DNA of 64,000 nt, from NCBI RefSeq assembly GCF_009914755.1, contig NC_060933.1; one strand, written 5' to 3'. The notes below the pieces were generated by a model. The model did not search any database. It had not been told where the DNA came from and worked only from the letters and a program-made list of their open reading frames with translations. Source of the stretch: the human T2T-CHM13v2.0 reference genome, Homo sapiens. The translations under genes and the position numbers were made by a program. Of the stretch, positions 26,801 through 41,800 are shown one piece after another (position 1 is the first letter of the stretch; every line of letters begins with the position of its first letter).

Positions 26801-28647
26801 AATGGAATGGAATGGAATTGAATGGAATGGAATGTCTTCAAACCGAATGGAATAGAAAGGAATGGAATCAACACGAGTGGAAAGGAATGGAATGGAAAGG
26901 AATGGAATGGAATGGAATGGTACGGAATAGAACGGAATGGAACGAACTGGAATGGAATGGAATGGAATGGAATGGAATGGAATGGAATGGAATCGTTCCG
27001 AGTGGAATAGCAGGGAATGTATTCGAGTGGAATGGAAAGGAATGGAATCAACCAGAGTGGAATGGAAGGGAATGGAATGGAATGGAAACTAATAGAATGG
27101 AATCAACCCGAGTGGAATGGAATGGAAAGGACTGAAATGGAATGGAATGGAATGGAATGGAATGGAATCAACTCGATTGTAATGGAATGGAATGGAATGG
27201 AATGGAATGGAATGGAATGGAATGGAAAGGAATTAACCCGAATACAATGGAATGGAATGGAATGGAAGGGAATGGAGTGGAAAGGAATGGAATCAACCCG
27301 AGTGCAGGGGAATGGAATGGAATGGAATGCAATGGAATGGAATCATCAGGAATGGAATGGAATGGAATGGAATGCAAAGCAATGGAATCAACTCGATTGC
27401 AATGGAATGGAATGGAATGGAAAGGAATACATTGGAATCAACCCGAGTGGAATGGAATGGAAAGGACTCGAATGGAGTGGAATGGAATGGAATGGAATGG
27501 AATGGAATCAACTCGATTGGAATGGAATGGAATGGAATGGAATGGAATGGAATTAACCCGAATAGAATGGAAAGGAATGGAATGGAACGGAACAGGAACG
27601 GAACGGAATGGAATGGAATGGAATGGAATGGAATGGAATGGAATGGAATCAACCCGACTGCAGGGGAATGGAATGGAATGGAATGCAATGGAATGGATTC
27701 AACTTGAATGGAATGGAAAGAATGGAATCAACACTAGTGGAATGGCATGGATTGGAATGGAATTGAATGGAATCAACCCGAGTACAGGGGAATGGAATGG
27801 AATGGAATGCAATGGAATGGAATCATCCGTAATGGAATGGAAAGGAATGGAAAGGAATGGAATGGAATGGAATGGAATGGAATCAACATGATTGCAATCG
27901 AAAGGAATGGAATGGAATTAACCCGAATAGAATGGAATGGAATGGAATGGAATGGAACGGAATGGAATGGAATGGAATGGAACGGAACCGAACGGAATGG
28001 AATGGAATGGAATGGAATGGAATGGAATGGAATCAACGCGAGTGCAGGGGAATGGCATGCAACGGAATGCAATGGAATGGAATCTTCCGGAATGGAATGG
28101 AATGGAATGGAATGGAATGAAATGCAATGGATTCAACTCGATTGCAATGGAATGGAATAGAATGGAATGGAATGGAATGGAATGGGATTAACCCGAATAG
28201 AATGGAATGGAATGGAATGGAACGGAATGTAACGGAATGGAATGGAATGGAATGGAATGGAATGGAATGGAATGGTATGGAATGGAATGGAATGGTACGG
28301 AATAGAATGGAATGGAACGAATTGTAATGGAATGGAATTGAATGGAATGGAATGGAATGGAATTGAATCAATGCGAGTGCAGGGGAATGTAATGGAACGG
28401 AATGCAATGGAATGGAATCATCCGGAATGGAATGGAATGGAATGGAATGGAATGGAATCAACCCGAGTGCAATGGAATGGAGTGGAATGGAATGGAATGG
28501 AATGGAACAACCCGAATGGAATGGAATGTAATGGAGAGTAAGGGAGTTGAATAGAATCAATCCGAATGTAATGGAAGGGAATGCAACGGAATGGAATGGA
28601 ATGGAATGGAATGGAATGGAATGGAATGGAATGCAAAAGAATGGAAT

Positions 28648-28930
28648 CAACCCGAGCGGAATGGCATGGAATGGAATGCAATGGATTGGAATGGAATGGA
28701 ATCAACTCGAGTGGAGAGGAATGGAATAGAATGGAAAGGAATGGAATGAAGTCAACTCGAGTGGAATGGAATGGAATGGAATGGATTGGAATGGATTGCA
28801 ATGGAATGAAATGGAATGGAATGGAATGGAATCAATCGTGGAAGGGAATGTAACGGAGTGGAAAGAAGGGAATGGAATCAACCCAAGTGGAATGCAAGGC
28901 AATGGAATGGAATGGAAAGGAATGGCATGG
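28648..28930 (+). repeat. Rare cassette G, copy 1 (two CAACTCGAGT words, GAGTGGAAAGAAGGG, GCAAGGCAATGG)
   Basis: These words are absent from the standard 2.7-kb unit. This copy has an internal deletion (ATCAATCGTGG) relative to the copies at 35.6 and 62.5 kb (ATCAATCATTCCGAGTGG). Confidence 0.75.
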
Positions 28931-31900
28931 AATCAACTCGATTGCAATGGAATGGAATGGAATGGAATGGAATGGAATGGAATGGAATGGAATCAACTCG
29001 ATGGCAATCGAATGGAATGGAATGGAATTAACCCGAATAGAATGGAATGGAATGGAATGGAACGGAACGGAATGGAAAGGAATGGAATGGAATGGAATGG
29101 AACGGAACGGAATGGAATGGAATGGAATGGAATGGAATGGAATGGAATCACCGCGAGTGCAGGGGAATGGAAAGGAATGGAATGCAATGGAATGGAATCT
29201 TCCGTAATGGAATGGAATGGAATGGAATGAAAGGCAATGGATTCAACTCGATTGCAATGGAATGGAATAGAATGGAATGGAATGCAATGGAATGGAATGG
29301 AATTGAATGGAATGGAATGCCTTCAAACCGAATGGAATGGAAAGGAATGGAATCAACACGAGTGGAAAGGAATGGAATGGAAAGGCATGGAAAGGAATGG
29401 AATGGTACGGAATAGAACGGAATGGAACGAACTGGAATGGAATGGAATGGAATGGAATGGAATGGAATGGAATGGAATGGAATCGTTCCGAGTGGAATAG
29501 GAGGGAATGTATTCGAGTGGAATGGAAAGGAATGGAATCAACCAGAGTGGAATGGAAGGGAATGGAATGGAATGGAAACTAATAGAATGGAATCAACCCG
29601 AGTGGAATGGAATGGAAAGGACTGGAATGGAATGGAATGGAATGGAAATAACTCGATTGTAATGGAATGGAATGGAATGGAATGGAATGGAATGGAATTA
29701 ACCCGAATACAATGGAATGGAATGGAATGGAACGGAATGGAGTGGAATGGAATGGAATCAACCCGAGTGCAGGGGAATGGAATGGAATGGAATGCAATGG
29801 AATGGAATCATCCGGAATGGAATGGAATGGAATGGAATGCAAAGCAATGGAATCAACTCGATTGCAATGGAATGGAATGGAATGGAAAGGAATACATTGG
29901 AATCAACCCGAGTGGAATGGAATGGAAAGGACTGGAATGGAGAGGAATGGAATGGAATGGAATGGAATGGAATGGAATTAACCCGAATAGAATGGAAAGG
30001 AATGGAATGGAACGGAACGGAACGGAACGGAATGGAATGGAATGGAATGGAATGGAATGGAATGGAACGGAAACGAATGGAATGGAATGCAATGCCATGG
30101 AATCAACCCGATTGCAATCTAATGGAATCGAATGGAATGGAATGCAATGGAATGGATTCAACTTGAATGGAATGGAAAGAATGGAATCAACACGAGTGGA
30201 ATGGCATGGATTGGAATGAAATGGAATAGAATCAACCCGAGTACAGGGGAATGGAATGGAATGGAATGAAATGGAATGGAATCACCCGTAATGTAATGGA
30301 AAGGAATGGAATGGAATGGAATGGAATGGAACGGAATGCAATGGAATGGAATGAACCCGAGTGCAATCGAATGGAATCGAATGGAATGGAATGCAATGGA
30401 ATGGATTCAACTTGAATAGAATGGAAAGAATGGAATCAACACGAGTGGAATGGCATGGATTGGAATGGAATGGAATGGAATCAACCCGAGTACAGGGGAA
30501 TGGAATGGAATGGAATGCAATGGAATGGAATCATCCGTAATGGAATGGAAAGGAATGGAATGGAATGGAATGGAATGGAATGGAATGGAATGGAATCAAC
30601 TCGATGGCAATCGAATGGAATGGAATGGAATTAACCCGAATAGAATGGAATGGAATGGAATGGAACGGAAGGGAATGGAATGGAATGGAATGGAATGGAA
30701 TGGAACGGAACGGAACGGAATGGAATGGAATGGAATGGAATGGAATGGAATCAACGCGAGTGCAGGGGAATGGAATGGAATGGAATGCAATGGATTGGAA
30801 TCTTCCGGAATGGAATGGAATGGAATGGAATGGAATGGAATGGAATGGAATGCAATGGAATTGAATCAACCCGAGTACAATGGAATGGAATGGAATGGAA
30901 TGGAATGGAATGGAATGATACGGAATAGAATGGAATGGAACGAAATGGAATGGAATGGAATGGAATGGAATGGAATGGAATCGTTCCGAGTGGAATAGGA
31001 GGGAATGTATTCGAGTGGAATGGAAAGGAATGGTATCAACCAGAGTGGAATGGAAGGGAATGAAATGGAATGGAAACTAATAGAATGGAATCAACCCGAG
31101 TGGAATAGAATGGAAAGGAATGGAATGGAATGGAATGGAATGGAATGGAATCAACTCGATTGTAATGGAATGGAATGGAATGGAATGGAATGGAATGGAA
31201 TGGAATTAACCCGAATACAATGGAATGGAATGGAATTGAACGGAATGGAGTGGAATGGAATGGAATCAACCCGAGTGCAGGGGAATGGAATGGAATGGAA
31301 TGCAATGGAATGGAATCATCCGGAATGGAATGGAATGGAATGGAATGCAAAGCAATGGAATCAACTCGATTGCAATGGAATGGAATGGAATGGAAAGGAA
31401 TACAATGGAATCAACCCGAGTGGAATGGAATGGAAAGGGCTGGAATGGAGTGGAATGGAATGGAATGGAATGGAATGGAATCAACGCGATTGTAATGCAA
31501 TGGAATGGAATGGAATGGAATTAACCCGAATAGAATGGAATGGAATGGAATGGAAAGGAACGGAATGGAATGGAATGGAATGGAATGGAATGGAATGGAA
31601 TGGAATCAACCCGACTGCAGGGGAATGGAATGGAATGGAATGCAATGGAATGGATTCAACTTGAATGGAATGGAAAGAATGGAATCAACACGAGTGGAAT
31701 GGCATGGATTGGAATGGAATGGAATGGAATCAACCCGAGTACAGGGGAATGGAATTGAATGGAATGCAATGGAATGGAATCATCCGTAATGAAATGGAAA
31801 GGAATGGAATGGAATGGAATAGAATGGAATGGAATCAACTCGATTGCAATCCAATGGAATGGAATGGAATTAACCCGAATAGAATGGAATGGAATGGAAT

Positions 31901-32304
31901 GGAACGGAACGGAACGTAATGGAATGGATTGGAATGGAATGGAATGGAATGGAATGGAACGGAATGGAATGGAATGGAATGGAATGGAATGGAATCAACC
32001 CGAGTGCAATCGAATGGAATCCAATGGAATGGAATGCAATGGAATGGATTCAACTTGAATGGAATGGAAAGAATGGAATCAACACGAGTGGAATGGCATG
32101 GATTGGAATGGAATGGAATGGAATCAACCCGAGTACAGGGGAATGGAATGGAATGGAATGCAATGGAATGGAATCATCCGTAATGGAATGGAAAGGAATG
32201 GAATGGAATGGAATGGAATGGAATGGAATGGAATGGAATCAACTCGATTGCAATCGAATGGAATGGAATGGAATTAACCCGAATAGAATGGAATGGAATG
32301 GAAT

Positions 32305-32339
32305 GGAACGGAACGGAACGGAACGGAACGGAACGGAAC
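32305..32339 (+). repeat. (GGAAC)7 variant-pentamer run, the longest pure one I noticed
   Basis: Seven consecutive GGAAC, read directly, downstream of TTAACCCGAATAGA. Confidence 0.85.
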
Positions 32340-35300
32340 GGAATGGAATGGAATGGAATGGAATGGAATGGAATGGAACGGAAAGGAATGGAATGGAATG
32401 GAATGGAATGGAATGGAATGGAATGGAATGGAATCAACGCGAGTGCAGGGGAATGGAATGGAATGGAATGCAATGGAATGGAATGTTCCGGAATGGAATG
32501 GAATGGAATGGAATGGAATGGAATGGAATGGAATAAACCCGAGTGCAATGGAATGGAGTGGAATGGAATGGAATGGAATGGAACAACCCGAATGGAATGG
32601 AATATAATGGAGAGTAAGGGAGTTGAATAGACTCAATCCGAATGTAATGGAATGGAATGGAACGGAATGGAATTGAATGGAATGGAATGGAATGCAATGG
32701 AATGGAATCAACCCGAGTGCAATGGAATGGAGAGGAATGGAATGGAATGGAATGGAAACTACCCGAATGGAATGGAATGTAATGGAGTGTAAGGGAATTG
32801 AATAGAATCAATCCGAATGTAATGGAATGGAATGGAACGGAATGGAATGGAATGGAATGGAATGGAATGGAATGCAATGGAATGGAATCAACCCGAGTGC
32901 AATCGAATGGAATCGTATGGAATGGAATGCAATGGAATGGATTCAAATTGAATGGAATGGAAAGAATGGAGTCAACACGAGTGGAAGGGCATGCATTGGA
33001 ATGCAATGGAATGGAATCAACTCGAGTACAGGGGAATGGAATGGAATGGAATGCAATGGAATGGAATCATCCGTAATGGAATGGAAAGGAATGGAATGGA
33101 ATGGAATGGAATGGAATGGAATGGATTGGAATGGAATGGAATCAACACGATTGCCATCGAATGGAATGGAATAGAATTAACCCGAATAGAATGGAATGGA
33201 ATGGAATGGAACGGAACGGAATGGAATGGAATGGAATGGAATGGAATGGAACGGAACGGAACGGAACGGAACGGAATGGAATGGAATGGAATGGAATGGA
33301 ATGGAATCAACGCGAGTGCAGGGGATTGGAATGTAATGGAATGCAATGGAATGGAATCTTCCGGAATGGAATGCAATGAAATGGAATGGAATGAAATGCA
33401 ATGGATTCAACTCGATTGCAATGGAATGGAATAGAATGCAATGGAATGGAATGGAATGGGATTAACGCGAATAGAATGGAATGGAATGGAACGGAATGGA
33501 ACGGAATGGAATGGAATGGAATGGAATGGAATGGAATGGTATGGAATGGAATGGAATGGTACGGAATAGAATGGAATGGAACGAATTGTAATGGAATGGA
33601 ATTGAATGGAAAGGAATGGAATGGAATGGAATCAACGCGAGTGCAGGGGAATGTAATGGAACGGAATGCAATGGAATGGAATCATCCGTAATGGAATGGA
33701 ATGGAATGGAATGGAATGGAATCAACCCGACTGCAGGGGAATGGAATGGAATGGAATGCAATGGAATGGATTCAACTTGAATGGAATGGAAAGAATGGAA
33801 TCAACACGAGTAGAATGGCATGGATTGGAATGGAATGGAATGGAATGAACCCGAGTACAGGGGATTGGAATGGAATGGAATGCAATGGAATGGAATCATC
33901 CGTGATGGAATGGAAAGAATGGAATGGAATGGAATGGAATGGAATGGAATGGAATCAACTCGATTGCAATCGAATGGAATGGAATGGAATTAACCCGAAT
34001 AGAATAGAATGGAATGGAATGGAACGGAACGGAAAGGAATGGAATGGAATGGAATGGAATGGAATGGAATGGAATGGAACGGAAAGGAATGGAATGGAAT
34101 GGAATGGAATGGAATGGAATCAACGCGAGTGCAGGGGAATGGAATGGAATGGAATGCAATGGAATGGAATCTTCCGGAATGGAATGGAATGGAATGGAAT
34201 GGAATGGAATGGAATAAACCCGAGTGCAATGGCATGGAGTGGAATGGAATGGAATGGAATGGAACAGCTCGAATGGAATGGAATGTAATGGAGAGTAAGG
34301 GAGTTGAATAGAATCAATCCGAATGTAATGGAATGGAATGGAACAGAATGGAATTGAATGGAATGGAATGGAATGCAATGGAATGGAATCAACCCGAGTG
34401 CAATGGAATGGAGAGGAATGGAATGGAATGGAATGGAAACTACCCGAATGGAATGGAATGTAATGGAGTGTAAGGGAATTGAATAGAATCAATTCGAAAG
34501 TAATGGAATGGAATGGAACGGAATGGAATGGAATGGAATGGAATGGAATGGAATGGAATGCAATGGAATGGAATCAACCCGAGTGCAATCTAATGGAATC
34601 GAATGGAATGGAATGCAATGGAATGGATTCAACTTGAATGGAATGGAAAGAATGGAATCAACACGAGTGGAAGGGCATGGATTGGAATGCAATGGAATGG
34701 AATCAACCCGAGTACAGGGGAATGGAATGGAATGGAATGCAATGGAATGGAATCATCCGTAATGGAATGGAAAGGAACGGAATGGAATGGAATGGAATGG
34801 AATGGAATGGAATGGAATGGAATGGAATGGAATCAACACGATTGCAATGGAATGGAATGGAATGGAATTAACCCGAATAGAATGGAATGGAATGGAATGG
34901 AACGGAACGGAATGGAATGGAATGGAATGGAATGGAAAGGAACGGAACGGAACGGAATGGAATGGAATGGAATGGAATGGAATGGAATCAACGCGAGTGC
35001 AGGGGAATGGAATGGAATGGAATGCAATGGAATGGAATATTCCGGAATGGAATGGAATGGAATGGAATGGAATGAAATGCAGTGGATTCAACTCGATTGC
35101 AATGGAATGGAATAGAATGGAATGGAATGGAATGGAATGGAATTAACCCGAATAGAATGGAATGGAATGGAACGGAATGGAACGGAATGGAATGGAATGG
35201 AATGGAATGGAATGGAGTGGAATGGAATGGTATGGAATGGAATGGAATGGTACGGAATAGAATGGAATGGAACGAATTGTAATGGAATGGAATTGAATGG

Positions 35301-35585
35301 AATGGAATGGAATGGAATGGAATCAACGCGAGTGCAGGGGAATGTAATGGAACGGAATGCAATGGAATGGAATCATCCGGAATGGAATGGAATGGAAAGG
35401 AATGGAATGGAATGGAATCAACCCGAGTGCAATGGAATGGAGTGGAATGGAATGGAATGGAATGGAACAACCCGAATGGAATGGAATGTAATGGACAGTA
35501 AGGGAGTTGAATAGAATCAATCCGAATGTAATGGAATGGAATGCAACGGAATGGAATGGAATGGAATGGAATGCAAAGGAATGGA

Positions 35586-35885
35586 AAAAACTCGAGTGGA
35601 ATGGCATGGAATGGAATGCAATTGAATGGAATGGAATGGAATCAACTCGAGTGGAAAGGAATGGAATGGAATGGAAAGGAATGGAATGAAGTCAACTCGA
35701 GTGGAATGGAATAGAATGGAATGGATTGGAATGGATTGCAATGGAATGAAATGGAATGGAATGGAATGGAATCAATCATTCCGAGTGGAATGGAAGGGAA
35801 AGTAATAGAGTGGAAAGAAGGGAATGGAATCAACCCGAGTGGAATGCAAGGCAATGGAATGGAATGGAAAGGAATGGAATGGAAT
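35586..35885 (+). repeat. Rare cassette G, copy 2
   Basis: GAAGTCAACTCGAG at 35688, 6940 bp from the same word at 28748, followed by ATCAATCATTCCGAG, GGAAAGAAGGG and GCAAGGC. Confidence 0.75.
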
Positions 35886-38800
35886 CAACTCGATTGCAAT
35901 GGAATGGAATGGAATGGAATGGAATTAACCGGAATAGAATGGAATGGAATGGAATGGAACGGAATGGAATGGAATGGAAGGGAATGGAATCAACACGAGT
36001 GCAGTGGAATGGAATGGAATGGAATGCAATGGAATGGAATCATCCGGAATGGAATGGAATGGAATGGAATCAACTCCATTGCAATGGAATGGAATGGAAT
36101 GGAATGGAATAGAATGGAATGGAATTAACCCGAATAGAATGGAATGCAATAGAATGGAATGCAAAGGAACAGAATGGAGTGGAATGGAATGGAATGGAAT
36201 GGAATGGAATGGAATGGAATGGAATGGAATGGAATCAACTCGATGGCAATCGAATGGAATGGAATGGAATTAACCCGAATAGAATGGAATGGAATGGAAT
36301 GGAACGGAACGGAATGGAATGGAATGGAATGGAATGGAATGGAACGGAACGGAATGGAATGGAATGGAATGGAATGGAATCAACGCGAGTGCAGGGGAAT
36401 GGAATGGAATGGAATGCAATGGAATGGAATCTTCCGGAATGGAATGGAATGGAATGGAATGGAATGAAAGGCAATGGATTCAACTCGATGGCAATGGAAT
36501 GGAATAGAATGGAATGGAATGGAATGGAATGGAATGGAAGCAACGCGAGTGCAGGGGAATGTAATGGAACGGAATGCAATGGAATGGAATCATCCGGAAT
36601 GGAATGGAATGGAATGGAATGGAATCAACCCGAGTGCAATGGAATTGAGTGGAATGGAATGGAATGGAATGAAACAACCCGAATGGAATGGAATGGAATG
36701 GAGAGTAAGGGAGTTGAATAGAATCAATCCGAATGTAATGGAATGGAATGCAACGGAATGGAATGCAATGGAATGGAATGGAATGCAATGGAATGGAATC
36801 AACCCGAGTACAATGGAATGGAATGGAATGGAATGGAATGGAATGGAATGGAATGGATTGGAATGCCTTCAAACCGAATGGAATGGAAAGGAATGGAATC
36901 AACACGAGTGGAATGGAATGGAATGGAAAGGAATGGAATGGAATGGAAAGGTACGGAATAGAATGGAATGGAAAGAAATGGAATTGAATGGAATGGAATA
37001 CAATGGAATCGTTCAGAGTGGAATAGGAGGGAACGTATTCGAGTGGAATGGAAAGGAATGTAATCAACCAGAGTGGAATGGAAGGGAATGGAATGGAATG
37101 GAAACTAATAGAATGGAATCAACCCGAGTGGAATGGAATGGAAATGACTGGAATGTAATGGAATGGAATGGAATGGAATCAACTCGATTGTAATGGATTG
37201 GAATGGAATGGAATTGAATGGAATGGAATGGAATTAACCCGAATACAACGGAATGGAGTGGAATGGAACGGAATGGAGTGGAATGGAATGGAATCAACCC
37301 GAGTGCAGGGGAATGGAATGGAATGGAATGCAATGGAATGGAATCATCCGGAATGGAATGGAATGGAATGGAATGCAAAGCAATGGAATCAACTCGATTG
37401 CAATGGAATAGAATGGAATGGAAAGGAATACATTGGAATCAACCCGAGTGGAATGGAATGGAAAGGACTGGAATGGAGTGGAATGCAATGGAATGGAATG
37501 GAATGGAATCAACTCGATTGGAATGGAATGGAATGGAATGGAATGGAATTAACCCGAATAGAATGGAATGGAATTAAATGGAAAGGAACGGAATGGAATG
37601 GAATGGAATGGAATGGAATGGAATCAACCCGACTGAAGGGGAATGGAATGGAATGGAATGCAATGGAATGGATTCAACTTGAATGGAATGGAAAGAATGG
37701 AATCAACACGAGTGGAATGGCATGGATTGCAGTGCAATGGAGTGGAATCAACCCGAGTACAGGGGAATGGAATGGAATGGAATGCAATGGAATGGAATCA
37801 TCCGTAATGGAATGGATAGGAATGGAATGGAATGGAATGGAATGGAATGGAATGGAATAGAATGGAAAGGAATCAACTCGATTTCAATGGAATGGAATGG
37901 AATGGAATTAACCCGAATAGAATGGAATGGAATGGAATGGAACCGAGTGGAACGGAATGGAACGGAATGGAATGGAATGGAATGCAACGGAACGGAACGG
38001 AATGGAATGGAATGGAAGGAATGGAATGGAATCAACGCGAGTGCAGGGGAATGGAATGGAATGGAATGCAATGGAATGGAATCTTCCGGAATGGAATGGA
38101 ATGGAATGGGATCAACCCAAGTGCAATGGAATGGAGTGGAATGGAATGGAATGGAATGGAACAACCCGAATTGAATCGAATGTAATGGAGAGTACGGGAG
38201 TTGAATAGAATCAATCCGAATGTAATGGAATGGAGTGGAACGGAATGGAATTGAATGGAATGGAATGGAATGCAATGGAATGGAATCAACCCGAGTGCAA
38301 TGGAATGGAGAGGAATGGAATGGAATGGAAGGGAAACTACCCGAATGGAATGGAATGTAATGGAGTGTAAGGGAATTGAATAGAATCAATCCGAATGTAA
38401 TGGAATGGAATGGAACGGAATGGAATGGAATGGAATGGAATGGAATGGAATGCAATGGAATGGAATCAACCCGAGTGCAATCGAATGGAATAGAATGGAA
38501 TGGAATGCAATGGAATGGATTCAACTTGAAAGGAATGGAAAGAATGGAATCAACACGAGTGGAATGGCATGGATTGGAATGGAATGGAATGGAATCAACC
38601 CGAGTACAGGGGAATGGAATGGAATGGAATGCAATGGAATGGAATCATCCGTAATGGAATGGAAAGGAATGGAATGGAATGGTATAGAATCAACTCGATT
38701 GCAATCGAATGGAATGGAATGGAATTAACCCAAATAGAATGGAATGGAATGGAATGGAATGGAACGGAACGGAATGGAATCGAATGGAATGGAATGGAAC

Positions 38801-41800
38801 GGAACGGAACGGAATGGAATGGAATGGAATGGAATGGAATCAACGCGAGTGCAGGGGAATGGAATGGAATGGAATGCAATGGAATGGAATCTTCCGGAAT
38901 GGAATGGAATGGAATGGAATAAAATTGAAATGCAATGGATTCAACTCGATTGCAGTGGAATGGAATAGAATGGAATGGAATGGAATGGAATGGAATTAAC
39001 CCGAATAGAATGGAATGGTATGGAATGGAATGGAATGGTACGGAATAGAATGGAATGGAACGAATTGTAATGGAATGGAATTGAATGGAATGGAATGGAA
39101 TCAACGCGAGTGCAGGGGAATGTAATGGAACGAAATGCAATGGAATGGAATCATCCGGAATGGAATGGAATGGAATGGAATGGAATGGAATCAACCCGAG
39201 TGCAATGGAATGGAGTGGAATGGAATGGAATGGAATGGATCAACACGAATGGAATGGAATGTAATGGATAGTAAGGGAGTTGAATATAATCAATCCGAAT
39301 GTAATGGAATGGAATGCAACGGAATGGAACGGAATGGAATGGAATGGAATGGAATGGAATGGAATGGAATGGAATGGAATCAACCCGAGTACAATGGAAT
39401 GGAATGGAATGGAATGGAATGGAATGGAATGGAATGGAATGGAATGGAATGCCTTCAAACCGAATGGAATGGAAAGGAATGGAATCAACAAGAGTGGAAT
39501 GGAATGGAATGGAATGGAATGGAATGGAATGGAATGGAATGATACGGAATAGAATGGAATGGAAAGAAATGGAATGGAATGGAATGGAATGGAATGGAAT
39601 GGAATGGAATGGAATGGAATGGAATCGTTCCGAGTGGAATAGGAAGGAATGTATTCGAGTGGAATGGAAAGGAATGGAATCAACCGGAGTGGAATGGAAG
39701 GGAATGGAATGGAATGGAAACAAATAGAATGGAATCAACCGAGTGGAATGGAATGGAAAGGACTGGAATGGAATGGAATGGAATGGAATGGAATGGAATC
39801 AACTCGATTGTAATGGAATGGAATGGAATGGAAAGGAATGGAATGGAATGGAATGGAATTAACCCGAATACAATGGAATGGAATGGAATGGAACGGAATG
39901 GAGAGGAATGGAATGGAATCAACCCGAGTGCAGGGGAATGGAATGGAATGGAATGCAATGGAATGGAAATAACCCGAATAAAATGGAATGGAATGGAATG
40001 AAACGGAATGGAGTGGAATGGAAAGGAATAAACCCGAGTGCAGGGAAATGCAATGGAATGGAATGCAATGGAATGGAATCTTCCGGAATGGAATGGAATG
40101 GAATGGAATGGAATGGAATGGAATGGAATCAACCCGAGTGCAATGGAATGGAGTGGAATGGAATGGAATGGAATGGAACAACCCGAATGCAATGGAATGT
40201 AATGGAGAGTAAGGGAGTTGAATAGAATCAATCCGAATGTAATGGAAGGGAATGGAACGGAATGGAATTGAATGGAATGGAGTGGAATGCAATGGAATGG
40301 AATCAACCCGAGTGCAATGGAATGGAGAGGAATGGAATGGAATGGAATGGAAACTACCCGAATGGAATGGAATGTAATGGAGTGTAAGGAAATTGAATAG
40401 AATCAATCCGAATGTAATGGAATGGAATGGAACGGAATGGAATGGAATGGAATGGAATGGAATGGAATGGAATGCAATGGAATGGAATCAACCCGAGTGC
40501 AATCGAATGGAATCGAATGGAATGGAATGCAATGGAATGGATTCAACTTGAATGGAATGGAAAGAATGGAATCAACACGAGTGGAAAGGCATGGATTGGA
40601 ATGCAATGGAATGGAATCAACCCGAGTACAGGGGAATGGAATGGAATGGAATGCAATGGAATGGAATCATCCGTAATGGAATGGAATGGGATGGAATGGA
40701 ATGGAATGCAATGGAATGGAATCAACACGATTGCAATCGAATGGAATGGAATGGAATTAACCCGAATACAATGGAATGGAATGGAAGGGAACGGAACGGA
40801 ATGGAATGGAATGGAATCAACCCGAGTGCAGGGGAATGGAATGGAATGGAATGCAATGGAATGGAATCATCCGGAATGGAATGGAATGGAATGGAATGCA
40901 AAGCAATGGAATCAACTCGATTGCAATGGAATGGAATGGAATGGAAAGGAATACATTGGAATCAACCCGAGTGGAATGGAATGGAAAGGACTGGAATGGA
41001 GTGGAATGGAATGGAATGGAATGGAATGGAATCAACTCGATTGGAATGGAATGGAATGGAATGGAATGGAATGGAATGGAATTAACCCGAATAGAATGGA
41101 ATGGAATGGAATGGAACGGAATGGAACGGAATGGAATGGAATGGAATGGAATGGAATGGAATGGAATCAACCCGACTGCAGGGGAATGGAATGGAATGGA
41201 ATGCAATGGAATGGATTCAACTTGAATGGAATGGAAAGAATGGAATCAACACGAGTGGAATGGCATGGATTGGAATGGAATGGAATGGAATCAACCCGAG
41301 TACAGGGGAATGGAATGGAATGGAATGCAATGGAATGGAATCAACCGTAATGGAATGGAAAGGAATGGAATGGAATGGAATGGAATGGAATGGAATCAAC
41401 TCGATTGCAATCGAATGGAATGGAATGGAATTAACCTGCATAGAATGGAATGGAATGGAATGGAACGGAACGGAACGGAACGGAATGGAACGGAAAGGAA
41501 TGGAATGGAATGGAACGGAACGGAACGGAACGGAACGGAGTGGAATGGAATGGAATGGAGTGGAATGGAATCAACGCGAGTGCAGGGGAATGGAATGGAA
41601 TGGAATGCAATGGAATGGAATCTTGCGGAATGGAATGGAATGGAATGGAATGGAATGAAATGCAATGGATTCAAGTCGATTGCAATGGAATGGAATAGAA
41701 TGGAATTGAATGGAATGGAAAGGAATGGAATTAACCCGAATAGAATGGAATGGAATGCAATGGAACGGAATGGAACGGAATGGAATGGAATGGAATGGAA

